A DNA stretch of 64,000 nt from Myxococcales bacterium (GTDB lineage: Bacteria; Myxococcota_A; Polyangia; Polyangiales; DASUME01), in assembly GCA_047601445.1 (NCBI GenBank), contig JASGJH010000001.1:8384001-8448000 (forward strand), read 5' to 3'. Made by a program: the position numbers and the translations under genes. Below the pieces are notes generated by a model that had not been told where the DNA came from, did no database searches, and saw only the letters and a list, made by a program, of their open reading frames with translations. Positions 57,501 through 64,000 of the stretch are shown piece by piece (the first letter of the stretch is position 1; every line of letters starts with the position of its first letter).

Positions 57501-59702
57501 ATGACTCAACCCATCCAACAGCGGCAAGTCAGGCAGATCCCCGTAAGCGAGGCAGAGCGCTCGCATGTCTGCGAGCTATGCGAGGCCGGTTGCGGCTTGT
57601 TGGTCGAGCCGAAGAGCGGGCGCGTGCGGCCGGATCCAGCGGACGTTTTCTCCAGAGGGTTCGTGTGCCCAAAGGGCGCTGCGCTGCCCGCGCTCGTCGG
57701 CGACCCCGACCGGCTGCGCGGACCCGTCCGCCGGGGCGCCGACGGGAGCTTCCAGGCGATCAGCTGGGACGAGGCGTTCGCCACCATCGCGCGGGAGCTC
57801 AAGGCGATCCAGAGGCGCCATGGTCGTGACGCCGTCGCCACCTACGTGGGCACGCCCGTGGTGCACAAGCATGGCTCCGTGCTCATGCGCAACGCGCTGC
57901 TTGGCACGCTGCGTACGCGGAACTCCACCAGCGCCGGTTCGCAGGACACCACGCCGCGCTTCGTCGCTTCCTATCTCATGTACGGGAGCGCTTTCTCGGT
58001 GCCCGTCCCTGACGTCGATCGCACTGCTTTCTTCCTTTGCATTGGCGCCAATCCACTGGTTTCGAACGGCAGCCTGATGACTGCGCCGAACATGCGCGCG
58101 CGGTTGCGCGCCCTGCGCGAGCGCGGCGGCAAGCTGGTGGTGGTCGACCCGCGCCTGACCGAAACCGCGGAGGTGGCCGACGAGCACATCTCCGTGCGCC
58201 CCGGAGGCGACGCGGCGCTGGTGCTGCTGATGGTGCGCGAGCTGCTCCGCTCGGGCCGTGCGGACGAGCGGCGCATCGAGCGCACCGCCCACGGCTTCGC
58301 CGCGCTCAAGGCGGCGCTGCTCGCCCTCGATGTCCGTCAACTGTCGCGTCACGCAGGCATCGAGGAGGCCACCATCGTGCGATTGGCGCACGATTTCGCC
58401 GACGCGCCGAGCAGCGTCGCGTACGCCAGAATGGGCGTGTGCAACAACGAGTTCGCCACGCTGGCGAGCTTCGCGGTCGATCTGTTGAATCTGGTGGCGG
58501 GACGTCTGGGCGAGCTGGGCGGCTCCATGTTTCCCACGCCCGCCGTGCCACTGGCACGCCTGGCGCGCCTGAGCGGAGTGGACGGCTTTGCGCGCTTTCG
58601 CAGCCGCGTGCGTGGATTGCCGGAGACCGTCGGCGACATACCGGCTTCCACCTTGGCCGAAGAGATGGAGACCGCCGGTCCGGGACAAGTCCGCGCACTC
58701 GTGACCTGGGCTGGCAATCCAGTGCTCAGCACGCCTAACGGCCGTCGGCTCGCGCTCGCTCTCGAACAGCTCGACTTCATGGTGTCGATCGACTTCTACG
58801 TGAACGAGACCTCGCGCTTCGCGGACATCATTTTGCCGCCGGCTTCTCCGCTCGCTGACGATCACGTCGACCTCTTCTTCGCCAACTTCGCCGTGCGCGA
58901 TGTCTTGCGCTGGACCCCGCCCGCCGAGGAGCGCGCGCCGGACGAACGCTGCGACTGGGAGATCGTGCTGGAGCTATGCGAACGGATGGGCGGAGGCCCG
59001 ACCGGCATCCGCGCGGTCGACCTGCTCTATCGCGGTGCGCGCAAGCTCGGCTATCGCTTCCATCCCTCCCATCTGCTGGAGCTGGCCATGCGCATCGGCC
59101 CCCACGGCGACTACTTTTTGCCGTGGCGTGCCGGCCTGAACGGCAAGCGGGCGCGCGCGGCGGAGCACGGCGTCGACCTGGGGCCACTTCGTCGGGGCCT
59201 ACGCGCGCGCGTGCATCACCGGGGTGGCAAGCTCGAGCTGTTTCCTGCGGCCATCCAGCGTGCCCTGCAGGAGCTCGTCACGACCTGCGACCGTGCGCCA
59301 GACGTGCACGAACTCTTGCTGATCGGCCGCCGCGATCTGAGCTCCAACAACTCGTGGATGCACAACCTGCCTCGCTTGGTGGCCGGCCGTGAGCGTTGCG
59401 TGCTCTTCGTGCATCCGCTGGACGCCCAGCGTGCTGGACTGACCGACGGCGACACCGCCCTCATGGAAAGTCGAACTCACCGCGGCAGCGTCCCGGTCAA
59501 GATCACGGATAGCGTGCGCGAAGGGGTGGTGAGTTTGCCCCATGGCTTCGGCCACGCCGGCATCGCCCCCTTTCAGCGCGTGGCAGCTGCCCACCCTGGT
59601 GTATCCATCAACGACTGGACCGACGACCAGGCCGTGGAGTCCGTGGTGGGGCAGTCGATCCTCAACGGCGTCCCCGTGCGGCTTCGGCCGGCATCGGCCT
59701 AG
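57501..59702 (+). CDS. Molybdopterin-dependent oxidoreductase with an N-terminal 4Fe-4S site; substrate unknown
   Basis: CELCEAGCG..CPKG; DPDRL..P; IGANP..SNGS; VVVDPR.TETA; NETSRFADIILP; NNSWMHN; VSLPHGFGH. No Tat signal. Confidence 0.9.
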   Translation: MTQPIQQRQVRQIPVSEAERSHVCELCEAGCGLLVEPKSGRVRPDPADVFSRGFVCPKGAALPALVGDPDRLRGPVRRGADGSFQAISWDEAFATIARELKAIQRRHGRDAVATYVGTPVVHKHGSVLMRNALLGTLRTRNSTSAGSQDTTPRFVASYLMYGSAFSVPVPDVDRTAFFLCIGANPLVSNGSLMTAPNMRARLRALRERGGKLVVVDPRLTETAEVADEHISVRPGGDAALVLLMVRELLRSGRADERRIERTAHGFAALKAALLALDVRQLSRHAGIEEATIVRLAHDFADAPSSVAYARMGVCNNEFATLASFAVDLLNLVAGRLGELGGSMFPTPAVPLARLARLSGVDGFARFRSRVRGLPETVGDIPASTLAEEMETAGPGQVRALVTWAGNPVLSTPNGRRLALALEQLDFMVSIDFYVNETSRFADIILPPASPLADDHVDLFFANFAVRDVLRWTPPAEERAPDERCDWEIVLELCERMGGGPTGIRAVDLLYRGARKLGYRFHPSHLLELAMRIGPHGDYFLPWRAGLNGKRARAAEHGVDLGPLRRGLRARVHHRGGKLELFPAAIQRALQELVTTCDRAPDVHELLLIGRRDLSSNNSWMHNLPRLVAGRERCVLFVHPLDAQRAGLTDGDTALMESRTHRGSVPVKITDSVREGVVSLPHGFGHAGIAPFQRVAAAHPGVSINDWTDDQAVESVVGQSILNGVPVRLRPASA

Positions 59703-59849
59703 CCAAAGGCAGGAGCCTGAATCGACCGGCCGGGGAGGGCGTTCACCCCAGGGCCCTGGCAGGCGTAGTGATTTGTGGACGCCGCGCGCCTCCCGGTTGG
59801 CGAAGAGCGCGTCCTCGACTAGTCATGGAGGCCATTCTTGGGAGTGTCC

Positions 59850-60494
59850 ATGCGTATCGCCTTCATCCTCGCTTCATGCACCAGCCTCGCGCTCGCTTCG
59901 GCCTGTACTCCGTCGGAGCGCCCTCCCGTCGGAGAGCGCGCCTGCATGCCGCTCACGCACGCCGGAGCCCAGGCCGATTGCGGCGAAGACTTCTGCGGCA
60001 AGAAGTCCTACAACGTCGCGGTCAACTACGTGTTGCCCAATGGCTTCGAGTGCACCACGCCCTGCGAGAACCTTCCCACGGGGCCCGGTAGCCAGGCTGC
60101 GCAGAACTTTCAGTACTCGCACGATGGGCTCTATTTCATTTTGACCTTCGGACCCGGTGTCTTCGCTTCGCCTTCCCAGTACACGTCCAAGGACCTCTCC
60201 GACACCTTCCAAAGCGGCTACCTGGCCTACGACATCCAGGACGGCGCATACACGGGGCGGGTAGGCCTGAACTTCGCCGCCAAAGGCTACGAAAAAGGCT
60301 ACGAAGACTCGGTCGTGGACCACGTCGGCTTCGAGGGCGGCCAGCTCGTCTTCAAGGTGCACGGCGCAACCAACACCGCCGTCGGCGTGGATGACGCGCC
60401 CTGTGGGGGCGGGCAGGATTGCTCCTGTCACTACCAGGGCGACGAGATCGCACTGTCATTCGATATTCACTCGACCATGGAGCGCCCGCTCTGA
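59850..60494 (+). CDS. Uncharacterised Cys-rich lipoprotein (paralog of 40672..41313)
   Basis: RBS GGGAG; lipobox ASAC; GC3-rich codons. Confidence 0.78.
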   Translation: MRIAFILASCTSLALASACTPSERPPVGERACMPLTHAGAQADCGEDFCGKKSYNVAVNYVLPNGFECTTPCENLPTGPGSQAAQNFQYSHDGLYFILTFGPGVFASPSQYTSKDLSDTFQSGYLAYDIQDGAYTGRVGLNFAAKGYEKGYEDSVVDHVGFEGGQLVFKVHGATNTAVGVDDAPCGGGQDCSCHYQGDEIALSFDIHSTMERPL

Positions 60495-60522
60495 GTTGAG
60501 CTCGGCCGCATCCGAGACGGCT

Positions 60523-60906
60523 TTGTCCACGCGCGCGGTGGTGACGCTGAATGCCAGCCATGCCATCGCGATCGTGCGCCAAGCTCTCAAGGAGCAGGGC
60601 TTCGGCCACAAGCACCAGGGCTTCCCGGTGCTCGATGGCGAGGGCCTGCTACTCGGCGTGGTGACCCGCTCGGATATCTACGAGGCGGACACCTCGCGCG
60701 AGCGGATAGGGCAGCTAATCAAGCGAGCCTGCGTGGTCACCTTCGACGACTGCAGCCTGCGCGAGGCCGCCGACACCATGGCCCGCGAACACATCGGACG
60801 CCTCCCCGTCGTCTCGCGCGCGGAGCCACGTCGCCTCTTGGGCATCATCACGCGCAGCGACCTGGTGGACGCCCACGCCACGCGCCTGGCTGCTCAGGGG
60901 CGGTAG
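60523..60906 (+). pseudogene. CBS-domain pair resembling the cytoplasmic tail of a ClC chloride channel; probably a truncated remnant
   Basis: HQGFPVLD..G.LLGVVTRSD and SLREAADTMAREHIGRLPVV.R..P..LLGIITRSDL. No ATG/RBS and no upstream membrane domain. Could be a stand-alone CBS protein from a TTG/GTG start. Confidence 0.55.
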
Positions 60907-60975
60907 GGAACCGCGACGGAACCGCCATTTGGGTGACTCTCGTCCAACCATGGCGGGGCGACTGAACCGCGAGGA

Positions 60976-61116
60976 ATGTTTCGCGTGGCAGCCCGCGTTC
61001 CCGACGCCTACTGCGACGACTCCAACGTGTGCCGACCTCGCCGCGCATCGGTCCAGTCGTGCAGTGATGGCGCCGAGTGCAGCTCGCTGTTGTGCGAGAG
61101 TCACAAGTGCACCTAG
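60976..61116 (+). other. 46-codon Cys-rich ORF (small protein or gene remnant)
   Basis: Hand translation MFRVAARVPDAYCDDSNVCRPRRASVQSCSDGAECSSLLCESHKCT*, 6 Cys; below the ORF-track cut-off. Confidence 0.4.
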
Positions 61117-61272
61117 GACTTGTGACGTGGAGGCTACGCAGCAACGCGTGGCGATCGTGAGCGTAGTGGTGGACCTGGACGTTCACCAATGTTCACCACG
61201 CCGACCAGGTCCAAGTCAACGCGCAGTGCTGGACGAGCTCTGAGCGTCAGTGCCGGAGCGCAACGGCACTCG

Positions 61273-63498
61273 CTACCGATCCATGTTCGTCAACTTGGCC
61301 ACTCGCACTGCGCACGCCTTGTAGGCTGGCTGACGCGAGTACGGATCGAACGCCGCGAACGTAAGGCGGTTGATCTCGTCGTAGTGCATGGGGATGAAGA
61401 CCTCTCCCGCCTTCACCGTTTGGGTCACGAAAGCGCGCGCGTGAATCTGCGCACGCTGCGACGCCACCTGGACCAACTCGTCCGGCGCGATGTTCAGCTG
61501 CTTGGCATCGGCCGGTGAGATCTCGACGTAGACCTCCGAGGGAGCCAGGCGGCGGAGCACGTCGGAGCGCTTGGTACGCGTGAGGGTGTGCCACTGGCTG
61601 GAGCTTCCGCGTCCGGTGAGCAACGTCAGCGGGAACTTCTTGCTGGTGGGCTCCGGCAAGGGCCGTGGCGCCTCGAACAGAAAGCGCGCGCGTCGATCCG
61701 GTGTGAAGTAGCCACCTTCCGCGAACAGCCGGCGCTGGTTGTCCTCGAGTCGCTCGCCGCTCGGCAGCGGCCACTGGATGCCGCCGGCGCGGTCGAGCAT
61801 GGCGTAGTCCTCGATGCCGGTGATGTCGTTGGGGCGCCCCGCGCTCAATCGCTTGAGGATCTGGAACACGGCCTCCGGGCTCGTCCACTCCGCGAACATC
61901 TCGCCGCAGCCCCAGGCTTCCGCCACGAGGCGGAAAATGTGGAAGTCAGCCAGGGCCTCGCCGGGGGCGCGCGCCACGCTCTTGATCACACCGATGCGGC
62001 GCTCCGAGTTGATGAAGGTGCCTTCCTTCTCGCCCCAGCCCGCGGCCGGCAGCACGATGTCCGCGCGCTGCGTGGTCTCGGTGTCGACGTACATGTCCTG
62101 CACCACCAGGCACTCCAGCTTGCCCAGGGTCTCGAGGAAGTCCTGTTGATTGATCCAGGAATGGGCCGGGTTGGTGGCCACGATCCACAGTGCCTTGATC
62201 TTGTTGGAGAGGATGCCTTCGATGATCTGGTCGTAGGCGAGGCTCGGTTGTGTCGGGATGCTATCGGCCTCGATATTCAGGATACGCGCGACGTCGGCAC
62301 GGTCGCTCTCGGAAGTGAAGCTGCGCCCACAGAAGAGGGCCGTGGTGTTGCTGAAGGCGCGCGAGCCCATGGCGTTGCACTGGCCCGTGATGGAGTTGGC
62401 GCCGGTGCCAGGACGACCGATGTTGCGGGTCATCAAGGAGAGCGCGATCAGAGCCTGCGCCGTGCGCGTGCCTTCGTGGCTCTGGTTGACCCCCATGGTC
62501 CACCAGAAGCTCACCCGCTTGCCTTCATGGATCAGCTCCGCCAGGCGTGCGATGCGCGCCGCGGGAATGCCCGAGTCGGCTTCGCCGCGCTCCAGGGTGA
62601 AGTCGGCCACGCTGGCGCGAAATTCCTCGAAGCCGGTGGTGTGTTCCGCGATGTAGTCGAGGTCGACCCAACCGCGCGCGATCAGCTCCTGAGCCACCGC
62701 GTACAGCAGACTGAGGTCGCTCTTGGGGCGGATGGCGTAGTGATGCTGGGCCGCCATCGCGGTCTCGGTCTTGCGCGGATCGATCACGATGATGTTGGGC
62801 TTGTGCCGGTTGCGACAGACGCGCTCCCACATGATGGGGTGCGCGATACACATGTTGGAGCCCACCAACACGATGGTGTCGGACTCCTCGAAGTCCGCGT
62901 AGGTGAACGGTGGCGCGTCGAATCCGAAGGCTTCCTTGTACGCCGTGGCCGCCGTGGCCATGCATTGGCGCGTGTTGCCGTCGCCGTGCAGCATGCCCAT
63001 GCCGAACTTACCGAGCGCGCCGAGAAACGCGAGCTCCTCCGTGGGAAGTTGCCCCGTGCCGAGCCAGGCCACAGACGCAGGGCCGTACTTCTCCTGAATG
63101 TCCTTGAAGCGATCCACCATCTCAAAGATGGCGTCTTCCCAGGATACGGCCGTGAGCTTGCCGTTGCGCCGCACCATCGGCTTCACTGCGCGCCCGGGCC
63201 CGCGCAGCGGCGCCAGTGCCTCCCAGCCCTTGGGGCAGGCCATTCCGATGTTGACGGGGTGGTCGGTGGCCGGCTTGAGCCCTACCGCCTCGCCCTTCTG
63301 CAACATCACCTCGAGTCCGCAGCCGGTGGAGCAGAAGCCGCACACCATGGTGGTGGTGGCCTCGGGCACCAGCTTGGACGGCACGCGTCCGAGGCCGTAC
63401 TTGGACGGCTCCTGCAGCAGCTCGCGCGTGAGCGGACCCTCGCGCTGTACGAGCAGGTTCATGCCAGCGCGCTTGAGCTTGTCGACGACCCCGCTCAT
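61273..63498 (-). CDS. nasA: Assimilatory nitrate reductase catalytic subunit (NasA/NarB-like)
   Basis: [30 protein letters not shown] (Mo-Cys); [43 protein letters not shown]. Start 63498 overlaps the upstream stop. Confidence 0.9.
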   Translation of the reverse strand: MSGVVDKLKRAGMNLLVQREGPLTRELLQEPSKYGLGRVPSKLVPEATTTMVCGFCSTGCGLEVMLQKGEAVGLKPATDHPVNIGMACPKGWEALAPLRGPGRAVKPMVRRNGKLTAVSWEDAIFEMVDRFKDIQEKYGPASVAWLGTGQLPTEELAFLGALGKFGMGMLHGDGNTRQCMATAATAYKEAFGFDAPPFTYADFEESDTIVLVGSNMCIAHPIMWERVCRNRHKPNIIVIDPRKTETAMAAQHHYAIRPKSDLSLLYAVAQELIARGWVDLDYIAEHTTGFEEFRASVADFTLERGEADSGIPAARIARLAELIHEGKRVSFWWTMGVNQSHEGTRTAQALIALSLMTRNIGRPGTGANSITGQCNAMGSRAFSNTTALFCGRSFTSESDRADVARILNIEADSIPTQPSLAYDQIIEGILSNKIKALWIVATNPAHSWINQQDFLETLGKLECLVVQDMYVDTETTQRADIVLPAAGWGEKEGTFINSERRIGVIKSVARAPGEALADFHIFRLVAEAWGCGEMFAEWTSPEAVFQILKRLSAGRPNDITGIEDYAMLDRAGGIQWPLPSGERLEDNQRRLFAEGGYFTPDRRARFLFEAPRPLPEPTSKKFPLTLLTGRGSSSQWHTLTRTKRSDVLRRLAPSEVYVEISPADAKQLNIAPDELVQVASQRAQIHARAFVTQTVKAGEVFIPMHYDEINRLTFAAFDPYSRQPAYKACAVRVAKLTNMDR

Positions 63499-64000
63499 CG
63501 CAGGCCTCCTGGCATACGAGACGCCGGTGCAGCGCGGAAGAACAGATAGCGCTCGGCCAGCTCGCCAGCCAGCAGGGTCCCCAGCATCGCGATCGCGATG
63601 GGCGCCCACGATGTGCCTGGCGAGCTCTGTGAGAGCAGCTCCCACGGCAAGAGCACGCCGCCCACGAGCAGCAAGCCGAAGCGCAACATGGTCACGCGCG
63701 AGAGCTCACCGCGCATCACCAGGGCCATCCGCTTCATGGCGGTGGTACGGCGGTCGCTCGCGTAGCTCAGGGCGTGTCCCTCGAACACCAGCTTGAAGGC
63801 CGCGCAACCCATGATCACCCAGTGCAAGAGCGACGGGCGGTGCGCCGCACGCGCCTCTGCGCCGAAGGTCGATACGGCGAGGACCGAGGCACAGCCCAAC
63901 AGCAGGGTCGTGCTGAAGAACTTGAGCCCGGTCTGCGTGAACGACCACTGTTCTCGACGCGTCGCCACGTAGACCATCACCGAACAGAACACGCCGAGTA
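63495..64000 (-). CDS. DmsC/YnfH-family molybdoenzyme membrane anchor, 3' part only
   Basis: [15 protein letters not shown], several TM helices and the terminal [11 protein letters not shown]...MPGG motif; coupled to the nitrate reductase gene. Confidence 0.78.
   Translation of the reverse strand, partial: LGVFCSVMVYVATRREQWSFTQTGLKFFSTTLLLGCASVLAVSTFGAEARAAHRPSLLHWVIMGCAAFKLVFEGHALSYASDRRTTAMKRMALVMRGELSRVTMLRFGLLLVGGVLLPWELLSQSSPGTSWAPIAIAMLGTLLAGELAERYLFFRAAPASRMPGGLR

Noticed and set aside
60963..60995. TGAACCG at 60963 (and TGAACC at 39641) as further ECF promoter copies
   Set aside because: No CTC(C)TAG element at the 17-nt spacing.
1..64000. tRNA/rRNA genes, transposases, integrases, prophage or defence systems
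   Set aside because: No recognisable motifs by eye. The patatin and the STK-AAA protein sit in lipid-metabolism and two-component contexts, not defence-island contexts. A covariance-model search was not possible.

Overview
GC-rich bacterial DNA with clear myxobacterial (Polyangiia-like) hallmarks: MYXO-CTERM-type tails, many Cys-rich lipoproteins with Asp-Ala-Gly linkers, and a DUF1592/DUF1552 pair. It is an accessory secretome and signalling region; I saw no rRNA, tRNA, CRISPR array or mobile element. Contents in order: phosphate-scavenging enzymes; a lipase / patatin / cholesterol-oxidase-like / SRPBCC operon; an mddA operon; a LysR regulator and a DsbA-family gene; a cytochrome c-copper monooxygenase fusion; two divergent hybrid kinases, one with a degenerate Ser/Thr kinase domain; a ~2650-aa repeat metalloprotease with a trypsin; and two molybdoenzymes. 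The strongest candidate for an undescribed system is 42.0-55.2 kb. It holds a tri-heme DHOR protein, an ECF sigma factor, a FecR-TPR protein, a barrel-like protein, a GH16-like lipoprotein lacking catalytic residues, DUF1592/DUF1552 and an intact GH16 glucanase. Three of its genes share an upstream motif TGAACCG-N17-CTC(C)TAGG-N5/6-ATG, which I interpret as an autoregulated ECF regulon linking beta-glucan sensing, hydrolysis and heme redox chemistry. Three genes are each split by one extra base, most likely sequencing error. All family assignments come from motif recognition by eye; no database search was run.
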